Source of the DNA: Vicugna vicugna
Lineage: Eukaryota
Length of the DNA stretch: 64,000 bases
Direction: 5' to 3'
Assembly: GCA_013265495.1 (NCBI GenBank)
Contig: MU058010.1
Span: forward strand, 161,145 to 225,144
In this document: positions 50,787 through 64,000 of the stretch, piece after piece
How the letters are laid out: every line of letters begins with the position of its first letter
Numbering within the stretch: position 1 is the first letter of the stretch
Made by a program: the position numbers and the translations under genes
Notes under the pieces: generated by a model
What the model saw: the letters and a program-made list of their open reading frames with translations, nothing else
What the model was told of the DNA's origin: nothing
The model's database searches: none

Positions 50787-52499
50787 AAATTTTCTTTTCT
50801 TAAAGCTTAATTATACCACATTATTATTCTTAAAGAGTTTCTTTTGCTTTCCTCAGTCTTACCAAGGGTGCTTTCCTAGGAAGAGGTTGCAGGTGAACTC
50901 AGAATCAATCTGTACATACACATATATGTATATGTGTGTATTATATATGTTGTCAGGATCCTAACAGGTAGACAGGAACCAAAGAGCACTCTACCCGTTT
51001 TTTAAAAAAAGAAGTTAATGCCAGAAATTGGGTAAATTGGTAATGTGAAGACCGAGAAACCAGAGAGGGGGCAGTGTGATACTGGAGGTGAGCAACAGCG
51101 GGAAACTGCTCTGCCCCTGTGCAGGAGGGACAGAAGGACGAAGCAGTGCTCCAGAAAGTCACAGGCTGGTGTTGGAAGGCAGAAACCAGACCTATGGGGA
51201 AGGTGCAGCTGTAGCAGAGAAACTGCTGAGGCAGAGGGAGGGGAGAGAAATGCCTTGTGTTCCCAATGGTCAAACCTAGCAGGGAGCAGTTGATTACAAA
51301 GTCTGGGAAATGCAGCCTACAGGGTCAGTGCCTTTGAGACAAGAGCAGAACAGAAGTGGGGAAAGGAAGTGGGAAGAAATGGGCCAAGTACCATTGCATT
51401 ATTTATTGGGACATTTAATACGTCAATAAGTGTTAAATTCTCATTTCTTCTAGTTTTTCGTTTCATTGGACATTTACATTCTTTATTTTAGTTTTAGGAA
51501 ATATAAAGAACAGTGATTTTGTAATGTGCTTCAGGACGTGAATCAGGTCAAGAACCTTCTAAGAATACAAAAGGGCTACCCTGCTCTGAATTTCTTCTGT
51601 TTGAAGATAGTCAACTTGGCCAAGTGAAATAAATAGTCACTCTCTGAGGTCATGCATTTATTGTCTTTAGCACTTTTGATTGTCTGTCTTTTGCTTGGCC
51701 TCCCAAAAATCTTTATTTTTCTATGTCTCATCCCTAAATTCCACAAGAAAGACCTTCTACCATTTATTCTGTTTCCTCTAATTCAGTTGTGGTCCTCTTT
51801 GACACCTACACATGCGAAATACCAGGTTTTATGGTGACACTAATTGCCCCTTCTTTTTACCTTAGAGTTCTGAATACATTAAAAAAGTAGATACAGAAGA
51901 AGTGGAACAAAGTCAGCCGTACTGCTGGGAAAGCTAGAGTGAAAAGCAAAATGGGGATTTGAAGGTGAAATATACTTCTTGCTTCTTCCCCCTGAATCAA
52001 ACTTGCCATGTTGTCATAGGTAGAACAGGTAAATGGCAGGCTGAAGCTCTCTGCATGTAGCAGCATTCAGTGTTTTCCTCCACTCTCACCAGCTCAATAG
52101 ATCAGTTCTTCTTGGGGAATATTCAGTAATGAGGTGGAGAGAGTGACCAGAAGTAACCCTCAGTGTTGTAGAAACCTCCCTTTGTAGAAATGGGGGAAGG
52201 ATGATAATATTTTTATTAATGATATGCTCCAGTTTATTTTTATTCCTAGGATGCTTTAGAATTTTAAATTACGAGACAAGATATAAAGTATTTTTTTATT
52301 AGCCTTAGAAAAAGTAACAATATGTCCATATTTACAGTGGTATTCAGAGTGATAACTTCTGAAATGGGCAAGAGGAGTAAAGGTTTTCCCAGGTGATCTA
52401 CATTCTTGTAGTTCTGAATTTCCTTTTTCTTTTCCTTCTTTTTCTTTCTCTCCCTTCAACAATGATGTCGGGAGGGTAAGTAACGCAGATGACTCTGTT

Positions 52500-52685
52500 T
52501 TTCTGTGCTGTTCAATAGAGTAGCTCCTAGCCATTTGTGACTATTTAAATTTAATTAATTAAAATTAATAAAAGAAGGGCAACATTTCAAGTGCTTAAGA
52601 GGCACACATGGCTAGTGGCTACCACATTGGAGAGCACATTTGGTAGCGCATTTCTGTTGTAAGAAGTTTTATTAGACAGTGCTGC
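52500..52685. mobile_element. MER33/MER3-like hAT MITE
   Basis: gtgctgttcaatagagtagctcctagccatttgtgactatttaaatttaa...atttcaagtgctt...cacatggctagtggctaccacattggagagcac. Confidence 0.75.
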
Positions 52686-54851
52686 TTAAATGCCCTGGTT
52701 CTTCTAAGTAGCTGCATATTTCCTTGATATATTTACTGCATGAATATTATATGCTCAAAGTTATGTTCAAGACTATGAGGATATATAAAGAAATTAAAGT
52801 CTGAAAGATCAAGGATTTTTTTCTTAAAACCTCTAAGGATAAGTGGATATTCATATCAAGAGAATCAAAGAGTGGTCTAAGGGAGGCTGCCTTCAGCAGG
52901 GACTACTCTCTTGGCAGGATAAGGCTAGAGGAGGGGAGCTTCATACCAGCTATTAAAAAATAGAAAGGGAAAGAAGAGGCTGGTTTGACAGACAGTGCTA
53001 TAGCTGTGATCCATGGTAGCCTTCACTATGGCTACCTGTTGCCAGGATGAGGGAAGCAGCAATATGGCGCATCATAGAAGCCATGGAAACATCCCCTTTA
53101 GTAGATTAAAAATATTAGTGGGATGCATTTTTTTAAACAGACTTTTCCTTGGAGATATGCTTACTTTTACCTCTTAAAAGTATTTTTTTCCAGATTTTTT
53201 TTTTTTTAATAAGAAGACAAAGTGTAAGGTAGGATGTTAATATTCCCCTTTGGACACTGCCATATATCTTAGGATATGACTTGTATTATTTATGCCAAAA
53301 TTATCATTCAGAAATTGTAACTTTTATGACACTTAATATTGCTTATTAAAAAAAATTGTTGAAAATGATCTCTAATTTTAGGCCAATTTACTGTTCTTTT
53401 TAAAGTGCTTTAAATTAATGAAATATTAATGAAAAATGCCCTGAAAGAAAATAGCTATTACTGTTTTCAAGTAAGTCCTAACGTGGTATTTTTGAAGGGC
53501 AAGTCATTACTTTCCAATGAATTCACAGCCCTTCCGAGGCTGGTGTCATTTTTCTGAGAGACTCTCTAGGAGACTGAATGATTCCACTGGTTGGGAGGCT
53601 TTCTCCTCTGTGTGTTGTCATTCATACTGTGGCTTGATTTTGACTTATAGGTATATTAAAATGCATTATAATTATTTGCTTTCAAAGTTAACTTTACCTG
53701 TAGCTTAAAAACCTTTGACTTTAGGTGCAAGGGTAACAATAAATGTAGAGTACATTGAAAATAGGATAATTGCTTTTAACAGAGAAATACATATTTTTTG
53801 CACATGGTGAATGAGAGCTATAAGGCTAAATTTATACTTGACTTGTAGGGTCTTAGAATTTTAAAGTGTTACCAATCTACTTAAATATATATATATTTCC
53901 AGTCTATTTAAAATAAAATATAAATTGCTGTTTGAATAGCCAAGATTAATTGTAAAAAGTTCTGTTCAAATGGACAGTCAGTTACAATGTCTAACATAGG
54001 GACTCAAAACTTCGTTTTTAAAATAGAGTAGTTTGATATTCAAGCATAAAAAGAAGACTATATCAATGAAAACTTAATTATTTGAAAAGATTAGATTACT
54101 GTTTAAAAGACAACAAAAGATACTTTCATGCTGTAACGATTTGGGAAAAATACTACTAGTCCTAAACAATTTTGCCTGGTTATAAAGGCAACAATAAGTT
54201 TATAAAGGCAAAATATAAGAACCTTTTTCCTTATCAGTGATAATTATGTGTTCAGAGAATGTAGACCTAGTGTGTTCAAATCAAATATGTGTGATGTTAT
54301 TTACTGAATATTTTGGTTTCTTTGGTAAAGTTAAGTATTTTCAGTGGAAAAATTGTTGAACTTCAGGCACTTAAATTCCTAGTTATTTAGTATCCAGCAT
54401 AGAAAATTTCATATAGTTTAATTCTGAGACTAATTTTTGGCCTTGTTACTGTGTATTAGAATATATTGCTGGGTGAGTTAAGTAAATATTTTAAATATGA
54501 TCTTTATCATATTGGTATTCCCTGACATATCTATACAAAGAAATATATAACTATACATAAAGAAAGACCTAATGTAAAGGGAAGCATAGTGTATTGGCAG
54601 CAGAAGGGAGTTTTAATTTTTATGATTCTGAAAACCTTGTCGAGTAAAACAATTTTATAGTGGCCACAGATTTCTAGTTCTTTTCTTACAGGGGTAAAGA
54701 CATCAGAAAGAAATAGTTTTCATATATTAAATGTCTTTTGTATGTTAAAATTTATAAAAGACAACAGAAAGGAATTCCACATTAGGATTAGAACCAGTAA
54801 GGTCACCTGGAGTGCCTCTGCAGAGCCAAAGAGAAATTAGGCTCATTTGAA

Positions 54852-55025
54852 CAGAAGTCCAATACCTTTGTGCAGTGATGGAAATGCTCTTTGACTGTGC
54901 TGTTTAGTACTTACCACAGGTGGCTGTTGAGCAATTGAAATGTGGCTGGCGTCGCCAGGAGTCGAATTTTAATTAATTTATGTGTAAATATCCGCATGTT
55001 GCTATTGTTTACTACACAGTAGTAG
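54852..55025. mobile_element. MER3-like hAT MITE
   Basis: gtccaata...gcagtgatggaaatgctct...tgtgctg...ccacaggtggctgttgagcaattgaaatgtggctgg. Confidence 0.7.
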
Positions 55026-55439
55026 AGATCAGAAATTCATGTGATTTTCCTTGTGCATTTGTTTTGAGACTTCACACTTTTGAATCTCTCTAGGTCTGGC
55101 TGCTCCCTCCCCCATGCTGGGAAATTCTGAGGAGGGCAGCAAAATATTCTATGATTGTAGAGCCTTACTGTGGGGCTCAGAAGAGGAGGTCAGAGTGCAT
55201 GTTAAATGAACTTGAATAGTAACAAGAGAGTAGGGTCCTGTTCATTCTTTAGGAGAGGAGGTCAGGTATTTTAAGTGTCTTTATGCAACTCCCTGTTAGA
55301 AAATTAGAAGATACGCAAGCACATCTCCTGGTCCTCACATTGCTGCGATTCCATTTGGAGAGAAATGTCTAATACCCATTAACGAATAAGTGATACCACC
55401 AGCTCTTATCTAATTAAGTCCTTAAGTGTGTGGTGTGGA

Positions 55440-56870
55440 TAACACACTAGATGTATCAGAGTGCAGCAGAGGGTGTGTTTGTTAATCTAGCCATGTAACA
55501 AGTGTTCCCAGGTGCTGTGTGAGGTACCACAGTAGCAAGAGGCATATGGGGGAGAGACCTTGAAGATATAAGTAAATAAAACAAAAGGTAAAGTTCAGTC
55601 AAGAAAAAATAAGGGACTAAGAGTAAAGGATAGAGAGCTTTTAGATTCAAGCTGGTCAGAGTAAGTCTTTCTGAGGTGGTGGAGTTTAAGAGACCAGAGG
55701 GAAAGGAACTAAGTAAGAGACAGCTGAGGCACTGGTGCTGGGCTTGGAGCATCTGATGGGCAGCAGAGACCCTGAGGAGAAGCAGTGTGGCAGGTGGGTG
55801 GGACCGTCAGAGAGATGGGCAGTGGCCAGGTCATGAGGGCTCAAGGGTATGTAGGTAGGGAAATTGGATTTTTTTCTAAGTAAGTGGGAGGCTATTAAAG
55901 AGTTTCAAGCAGGAAATGATGTATGCTAAGCTGTTTAAAAAGGTCACTCCTGCAGCTGTAGGGAGACTAGTTTCAAGATGGGAGAGAGTGCACTGGGAGC
56001 ACAGGGGTGGGCTATGGCAGTAACCACAGTGGGGATGAGGGTGGCTTGGAAAAGCATTGTAGTCATGGGCGAGGAGTTGGGTGGATTTTGCAGGTAAAGT
56101 GAAGTAGGACATGTTGATGGATTAGATATGGGAATGAAAGGAGGACTCAGAAATGATACCCAGATTTTACTTGAGCTAAGATGTTGATAATAGTGCTGTT
56201 AATTGGGATGGAGAAACATGGTTGTTATTGGTTCCATGCCTTTTGGAGAAGAAAATCGGATATCTGTTTTAAACATGTGAAGTTTGATATGTCTGCAAGT
56301 TTCAGAATTTGAGATATCAGGCAGGCAGCTAGATATATGAGTCTGGAGCTCAGTGAAGAAATATGAAGTGGAGATACTGCTGTTTATGTGTGGATTGTAC
56401 ATACAGCTCTGAGAATGGCAGAGATCCAGGGTTGGGGTACGTGTGTGTGTGTCTGTGTGCACATGCATCCAACAAGAGCAGGATGCAGAAGAGGTCTCAG
56501 GAGAAGCTCTGAAGAACTCAGCAGTTATACGTGGCCCAGAACAGGAGAAGCCAGGAAAACAGAATGAGCTCTGGCTGGTGGGAAAGAGGAGAACCCAGGA
56601 GGCTGGTTTCCTGGACCTCAGGGAGGAAGTGTGTTTCAAAAGAAGGGAGTAGCAAACCACACTGAATACTACTGAGGTGGGACAAGGTAATAGTGTGGGA
56701 ATTAGCAAGGGGAGGGATGTTGGTGACCTTTGAGAAAAGCAGTTTTGTGGAGTTTGGGTGGGAGAAGCCAGACTGAAGTGTGGTGGAGTGAATGGATGGT
56801 GAAGATGTACTGACTCCGCTTGTGATGAAATAATTTGAGACCTCCTGCTGAAAAAGATCTAAAAAAGGAG
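55440..56870 (-). mobile_element. Degraded L2 LINE, antisense
   Basis: gggaggctattaaagagtttcaagcagg...aaaggtcactcctgcagctg...tttgagatatcaggcaggcagctagatatatgagtctggagctcag...ttggtgacctttgagaaaagcagttttgtggag. Confidence 0.8.
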
Positions 56871-59800
56871 GAAGATCTGGAGTCACGGGAGTGAAACTGT
56901 TTGAGCAAATGGAGAAACTTAAATTAGTGAGAGTTCAAAGAAGGAAGAAACTTGAGTTGTCCCCTGAAAGCTGAAATCGTTTCATTTGTTATAGGAAAGA
57001 CAGTTCTGTGGAGGCGAGCATGAGGAATGAAGCTAGAAATGAACTTGATAGAATCAATGGCAGATTGTGGACTTACCGACTGATCTGATCTATTGGACTA
57101 GTACTGGTCAGAAGTAGCAAGTATTTAGGCTGGGAACTGATGATGGAAGGCCTGAAATGTGATTATTTCTTTTCCCCCATATAATTAGTTGTCACATTAG
57201 TCTATATTTAAAATGGATAATTCAGTTAATGCTTTCCTAAAGTAATGATGCATTTGATAATAAGAAATTTGCTTACTAACGTTTAATATGTTTTAAACTA
57301 TTTCATTTTCTGCAATATGTTTCTTATAACAGTACACTTAAGTTTTGATTAGAGCACATAGTCGTATATGTTATTTTAAATCCTTAGTTCTCTTACTGTC
57401 TTTTCATCTAGAGATAAAGAACCCATATTTCTTGTATAAGGTGCTTTGTTTTTGCCATTGCAGTTCATCTGGTTTTCTTTTCATTTTATTTGGAATACTT
57501 CCTCTATAGACATTTTTATCCCTTTGAACGATGTTATAGCTAAAAAATAACTATGAGAATAGATGACTCAGTTTGTAGCTCCACTGTCTCATCTAATAGT
57601 AGAAGTGGGAATAAACAGCTAGTTTTAAATATATATTTTCTTTAAAAGTCAGTTCCTAGAAAATATATATATTAATGGTTATATTTGAAGTTTGGTAGAT
57701 TTTACAATTAGAGCATTATTTAGTTCCTGAGTTCCCTGTCCGCTTATATAATTTAGTGTAATTTTTGTGGATGGACTGTTGAATAAGACGTGGGTGTATG
57801 TTTGTTTTGCCCTATGGGGCTTGTTAATTGCTTTGTACTCCCCCCACTCCCCAGAGCTCTTCATTTTAAGTATTTAGTCACCTTGCTAAGAGTAGGTGAA
57901 AATGAAAGCTTAAAATAAACTATAATTATATTCAGCATTGGTGATATATTGCTCTGACAGAGGAATGTAAATTGGATCTGGATATTATATGTATTATAGT
58001 TGACCTTCTTAGTTGAAGGTACGAAACTTGTTACTTTGCCACATGTGACCAGCGATGTATTTTTTTTTTCCTCTTTCAAGAAGCTTCTTAAATTGAGTAT
58101 GTAAGGCAAACACAAAATAACTTTGTGTTTCCCTTGGTGTTTATGTAAAATTAGTATTTTAGCTAGCTAAAAAGTTACTTCCTTACTACAAAAAATATAA
58201 ATTCATGACAAGAAAATAAGTAATACACAAAAGCTAAGTGAAGGAAAAATGTGTAACATCACCTGCTCAGAAAGGCGCTGTAACTTCTTGGGTGGAAGTG
58301 TGTGTGTCTGAGGAAGTCCTCCTGTTTACTGCTGTTGGTTGTTTATTGGGAAGAAGTTGGTTAAAGTAGAGAATCATAAACTCAGTGATTCAGATATATC
58401 CTAAGTGCTTTTTGATTCAAAGCATAAACATCCTCTTTTTTCTGTAGACATTTGATGTGGAACTTACAGCTTTTCTTGGAGGAGACACCACAGGCTGACT
58501 GCATCAACCGCACCCATGATGCACTGTTGTCCTCGTGTTGGTGTTTTACAGTGGAACAGGAATGTAGGGGCTCTACAAAGTAACCCGAGTATGGAGTTCT
58601 TACTCTTTAAAAAAAGTCTTTCTGATTGTATCTCTCAGTCATTTACACTTGGGTCTACAGGTATTTCTGTAGCACTTTTTAAGTGCCATCTTTTTAAAAA
58701 ATGTTTCCGAAGCATTAGGCTTAGTTTTCATAGAAACAGCAACTCTTTTTTGCCAGTGATATGTTGTCTGTTTATGTAATTTTAATTAAATTGTATAATT
58801 ACAGTTGTAAGTACAACTGGCAAAATGGATTTAGAAATCCAGCTGAGTGTTGGTGGGAGCAGAAGCACGTGGATGTATGAGAGAGTAGAACATTTGCCTG
58901 GGGTGTTCATCTTGTTATGGGTGTTAGCCAGTGCTTCACACGTGGATTGAAAGCCAGCAGGTGAATGGGTGAGCTGATTAGGTAGAAGATCATTAAGAAC
59001 GTGTTTGTATAGCTCCACATATATGAAATATTTCCTATATGTATCTTTGAACAGAACAAGAAAATAATAATACTTTGCCATTTCTGCTTTTTAATCTTAA
59101 GGTGTGTTAACATCTTTCCATGTCAAGATTGTAGGCAGAGTTTTCTTTGATTCAGGATTTTTTTCTAGCCCCTGGCTAGGTTAGGTAGTCATCTTACCTG
59201 CTCCTTTAGTCTCCTTTGCTTATTTTTGTTCTAATGATTATATTCTATTTTAATTGTTTGTCTCTTCTTGTTTCCCCTTCAAATTTCTCCCATCAACTCT
59301 TTATACCCTATTATGCATATTATCTCTATTCTTACCACTTTTTTTTTCTAATTCTTCTGCAATCAGGATTTTTCTATTATGGAGTTATTTATAGACTGGT
59401 TTTGAATTCAGTTTTTAATGGTTCTTCTTGGTCCTTGTCTGACCTCATTTCAGCAGTTCACCCTTGACTCTTATCTATTTTAAAACTTACTCTCTCCTTA
59501 GGATTTGTTATATCATTGTCACTGCCTTTTCTCAGATGCCTTGATTTGGGGCTTCTGCCTGTTCTCACACTTTAACAGTCAATGTTTCAGACTCGTGTTT
59601 CTAAGAAGATGGAGTAAATGCACTTTTCCCTATCCCTCCCTCTAAGCACAACTAAAAGAACAAGACATTATTCATGAAATGCACATAGAATGGCACGTAG
59701 GCTAGGAAGCTTGGGACCCAAGGAACAGTATGGTGGTGAGTTCTCTGGATTTTCGTTTTGCCTCTTCTATCCTGGACTTGGATCTAAAGAAGTCAGCAAT

Positions 59801-61198
59801 CCAGAAAAATCAACAAGCATAGACAAAATTCCCAATAAAAGGCTACTACTACTTTTAAGCCAAAGGACCATGAAAGGGGCAGACAGCAAGATAGGAAACT
59901 ATGACAGTAACCAGTCTATGCTCTGCAAGTACCACAGAAGGAAAATGTTGCCCCATCCCTACCCATGCCACCACAGCCTAGTGGGGAGCCTAGTGCCCCA
60001 GATGGCAGTAATGAGGAGGTCTTCTCTCTCTCCACCGTGTAGTGTCACAGGACACTGTGTAGAGAGTCAAAACTTGCACCATAATCCAGTGGTACCAAGG
60101 ACTACCTCCTCCCCACTTGCCTGAAGGTGCCAGTGGAAGTTCATTTTGAGCATAACGAGGCAGTCCTATCTCTCCCTACCAAGGAGGCACCATGGTGGCA
60201 AGGTAGGGAGCCCACACTCCTGTCACATCCAGCAGTAACAAGGAACCTCTCCTCTGATGTGTCAGTGGAGGCCAAGTGGGGAACCAAGACTTCTGTTCCC
60301 ACCTGGCAATATTGAGACTCTCCCTCTCCTTTCTCCACTGGAGTAGTATCACACGAAGCCAGCTAAAAAATAATGTTTAAATAAATCCAAAGTCTCCTAG
60401 CTTAGAACCCTGAATCTCCTGGATTCAGTATGAAAAGCTGTCATACCAAGAAGCAGAAAGATCTCAAGCTGAGTGAAGAAGGATAATTAATAGACATCAA
60501 GGGTAGGATGACATGGATATTAGAATTATCTGACAAGGATTTTTAAAGCCACTATCATAAAAAATTCTAATGAACAATTATGAATATACTAAAACAAAAG
60601 AAAAAATAGAAAACCCCAGCAAAGAAATAGGAGAAACTTTATTTTTCTTTAAAGATCCGAATGGAAATTAGAGAAGTGAAAAATGTAATAATTGAAAAAA
60701 AAAACTTATTAGAGTTGGATCAGGAGCAAAATGTAGGGCTGGGAGGAATGAATTAGTGAACTGCAGTATAGAATAATAGAAATCACCCAATCTGAACAAT
60801 AACAACAAAAAAAAGCAGAGCCTGAGGGGCTGTGCCTGTCATCAGAGTCCTAGCAGGATTTGAGAAAGAAAATAGGATAGGAGATTACATGAAGGAGTCA
60901 TGGCTGTAATAATTCCCCAAATTTGGCAGAAGACATAAAACTACAGATTCAAGAAATTGAACCACAAGCAGGATAAACCCAAAGAAATTCACACTAAGAC
61001 ACATCATAGTGAAGCTTCTGAAAACTAAGGACAGAGGGAAAAATCTTGAAAGCAGGAAGAAATGACACTTCAGTTATAGGAAAAAAAACAATTTGAATGA
61101 CAGTGGACTTCTTCTCAAGCTATGGAGGCCAAAAGCAAGTGGTGTTAACAGTTTTCAAATGAAGAAAGCAAAGAATGGTCAGCTCAGAATCTTACATG

Positions 61199-61322
61199 TA
61201 GAGGGAAGGGTATAGCTCAAGAGGTAGAGTGCATGCTCAGCATGCATGAGGTCCTGGGATCCATCCCCTCAATAAATGAATAAAAAATAAATAAACCTAA
61301 TTACCTCCCCCACCCCCCAAAA
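61199..61322 (+). mobile_element. Vic-1-type SINE with 13-bp TSD, nested in the L1 ORF1 remnant
   Basis: gggtatagctcaagaggtagagtgcatgctcagcatgcatgaggtcctggg...aataaacctaattacctcccc, with TSD agaatcttacatg at 61186-61198 and 61323-61335. Confidence 0.92.
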
Positions 61323-61673
61323 AGAATCTTACATGCTGTAAAAATTTCCTTCAGAAATGAAGAGGAAATGAGACATACTCAGATGAAGGAAAGCCGAGAG
61401 AATTTTTGGCCAGTAAAGTTAGCCTAAAAGAATAGCTAAAGGACATAGTCTAAACAGAATGAAAATGATAAAAGAAGGCAACTTGAAATATTAGGAAGAA
61501 AAAAATACAATGAGAGTAAAGATATGAGTAAATACAATATTCTTTCCTTCTCTTGAGTTTTGATGTTGTGGAAGCAAAAATTATAACACTGTCTGATGTA
61601 GTTCTAAATCTATGTAGAGGAAATGTTAAAAAAAAAAAAACAATCATACTATAAATGGGAAGGGAAAGGAAAG

Positions 61674-62026
61674 TATATTAATTTGCCAGGGCTGCCATAA
61701 CAAAATACTGCAGACTAGGAGGTTTAAACAACAGAAGTTAATTTTTTCACAGTTCTGGAGGCTGGAAACCTTATGGTCAAGGTACCAACAGGATTGATTT
61801 CTTCTTAGACCTCCTTCCTTGGCCTGCAAATGGCCACTGTCTGTCTTCCCTGCACGTGGCTTTTTCCTCTGTGGATGTACATACCTGGTGTCTCCTCCTC
61901 TTCTCATTAGGACATCAGTTCTGCTGGATTAGGACCCTACCCTCATGACCCCATTCAGACTTAATTCACCTTGTTTATTTGGGCTTCAGCATATGAATTT
62001 TGAGGGACAGTATTCAATCCGTAACA
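61674..62026 (-). mobile_element. MaLR (MLT1A-C-like) solo LTR nested in L1
   Basis: tatattaatttgccagggctgccataacaaaatac...tttaaacaacagaa...tcacagttctggaggctggaa...atgaattttgagggaca...attcaatccgtaaca. Confidence 0.85.
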
Positions 62027-63841
62027 GGAGGGAAGATTTCTGTTCACTCCAACTTGTGAAATGATGATACCCATAAACTGTGAGGATACATTATGATGTA
62101 ATGCCTAGAGCAGCCACTAAAAAGGCCAAAGAGATACATGTAAAAAACACAATAGATCAAATGGAATTCTAAAACATGTTCAAGTAAATCATGTGGAGTC
62201 AGAAAAAGAAGATAAATGAAAACCAAAAAATAAAAGGTAGACTGAAGCTTTAACATATCAGTAATTACATTAAGGATAAATGGTTATATGTTAAAGAAAA
62301 TTGGCAGAGTTCATTAAAAACTTCACCTAATTATATGTTTTCTGTCAGAAATTTACCTCACACATATTGATATAAGCAAATGCAAAGTAAAAACATAATA
62401 AGAACTTTATGAAAATAATAATCAAGACAAAAGCAATTGTGGCTGTTTTACTATAAAGCAATTTAGACATCAGAGTAAAGAGTTAAGAGAGATTGATTCC
62501 ATATAATAAGATCAGTCCACCAGAAGATCAATCCTAAATGTGTATATGTCAAACCATGGATGTGCAAAACAAATGAAGCAGGAAATAACAGAACTGAAAG
62601 GAAAAACAGATAAATCCACAATTAGATTTGGAGAATTCATAACTCAGTCAGCAATTGATACATCATGTGGACAGCACTAAGGATATATAAGAAGTCAACA
62701 CTACCATCAAGCAAAAGTATATATTTATAGAATACCCCATCCAATGATAGCAGAATACACATTCTTTTCTTATTACCACAGAACGTATACTGAGACAGAC
62801 CATATCCTGGGCCACAGAGCAAACCTTACCAAATTTGGGTGAATTGAAATAGAAAATAACAGGAATATCTCTAGTCCTTTGGAACATGAACAGCACACTT
62901 CTATATAGTCCTTGAGGTCAAGAAGTCTCAAAGGAACTGACTTAATGAAATTGAGAATACAACATTTCAAAATTTGTGGGACACATCTAAAGTAGTACTA
63001 AGAGGGAAATTTATAGCACTAAACACATTAGAAAAGAGTAAAAGGCTCAAATTAGTAATTTTAGTTATCACCTTAAGAATCTAAAAAAAAGAAGAGCAAA
63101 GTAAACTCAATGCAAGAAAAGGAAGGAAATAATAAAGAGCAGAAATCAATTATATAGAAAAAATAGAGGAAATCAAGAAAACAAAGAGCTGGTTCTTAGG
63201 AAAGATTAATAAAATTGACAAGCCTTTACTAATATTGATGAAGGAAAAAGGGAGAACACAAATTACCAAAATTAGGAATACGATAGAAAATATCACTGCA
63301 GAATTTACATCAAGAGGGTAATAATAATCCATTATTATTAACAACTCTAAACATGCAAATTTGACAACTTAGATGAAAAAGACCAATTTTTGAAAAGCAC
63401 AAAGTACTACAACATACCCAATATGAGATGGAAAATTTGAATAGTTCTCTATTAAGGAAATTGAATTATTAATTTAAAACTCTCCAAAAAATCAAGTACA
63501 GATGATTTCCCTGGAGAATTCTACCAAACATTTAAATAAAAATTAATACCAATTCAACAGTCTCTTTCAGAAAACACAAGAGCAGGGAAGAGTTTGCAAA
63601 TTTAATTTTTGAAGTTTGTACTGGTAGCAAAACCAGTCAAAAACAGTAATAAAACCCCAGCCCCCCAAATTACAGCCCAATGTCCCTCATGAATATGGGC
63701 ACAGAAATTCTTATTATAATATCCTATATCGACAAGGCAAGACAGGAAAAAAAATCACATGATCATATCAATTGATGCAGTTAAAGCATTTGACAAAATT
63801 CACTTATTTATAATAAAAACTGATAAGAAAATAAAAATAGA

Positions 63842-64000
63842 TATTATGGATTGAATTGTGTTACCCAGAAAGATTATGTTTCAGTCTGAACTGGCACCTG
63901 AGAATGTGACCTTGTTGCAGATGTAATTAATTGAGATGAGATCATAAGGGAGTAGAGTGAAATATTAATCCATGATAGCTGATATCCTTATAAGAAGACA
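63842..64000 (+). mobile_element. MaLR (MLT1B/C-like) LTR 5' part, cut by the window end
   Basis: tattatggattgaattgtgttacccagaa...gaatgtgacctt...gcagatgtaatta...gatgagatcata...ccttataagaaga. Confidence 0.78.

Larger units (their letters stand above)
59590..63840 (+). mobile_element. Ancient long L1 with 5' UTR, ORF1 and ORF2 (EN to RT start) remnants, heavily mutated
   Basis: 5' end aagatggagtaaatgcacttttccctat. ORF1-like: gaattatctgacaaggattttt and aggataaacccaaagaaattcacactaagacacatcatagt. ORF2-like: agagggaaatttatagcactaaa, aaaattgacaagcctt and catgatcatatcaattgatgcag...gcatttgacaaaattca (MIISIDA-KAFDKI). Confidence 0.88.
43015..64000 (+). other. DIAPH3: Next DIAPH3 intron, continuing beyond the window
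   Basis: Donor gtaatc at 43015. I did not see the expected next exon (W-V-x-S-F-G-H-E-G-L...) before 64000 when scanning by eye. Confidence 0.8.

Noticed and set aside
10648..60124. Longer ORF-track entries (10648..11031, 10905..11357, 46789..47220, 56199..56708, 59690..60124)
   Set aside because: They lie largely within degraded L1/L2 sequence, most have low-complexity F/L/S/C-rich composition, and none resembles a protein family I recognise.
6319..61322. tRNA-like sequences (tagctcagtggtagag...ggttcaatcccc) as tRNA genes
   Set aside because: They carry SINE bodies, A-rich tails and, in several cases, TSDs, and they diverge from each other. They are tRNA-derived SINEs.
1..64000. A novel multi-component biological system
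   Set aside because: The recognisable content is two DIAPH3 exons plus intronic repeats. I could not support any new coding, RNA-gene or array system from the sequence alone.

Overview
This is mammalian, AT-rich, CpG-depleted genomic DNA. It is most likely camelid (camel/llama/alpaca), judged from six Vic-1-type tRNA-derived SINEs. The window lies inside the formin gene DIAPH3 (mDia2) on the + strand. It holds two short coding exons of the N-terminal GTPase-binding region (759-863 and 42884-43014), joined in frame across a 42,020-nt GT-AG intron. The rest is intron filled with retroposon and DNA-transposon remnants: young and old L1, L2, ERV solo LTRs, MaLR LTRs and hAT MITEs. Of the ORF-track entries, only 696..1070 (exon read-through) and the L1 ORF2 fragment 24798..25157 look like real coding sequence. 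The most notable structural oddity is an apparently exact 1,625-bp tandem duplication (24981-26605 / 26607-28231), which is either very recent or an assembly artefact. There are also several small, atypical retrotransposition products: an orphan GC-rich poly(A)-tailed insert, a polyadenylated LTR fragment, and a tail-only insertion with a 16-bp TSD. I found no evidence for a new multi-gene system. Repeat family names are from recall rather than a database search, and old-repeat boundaries are approximate.
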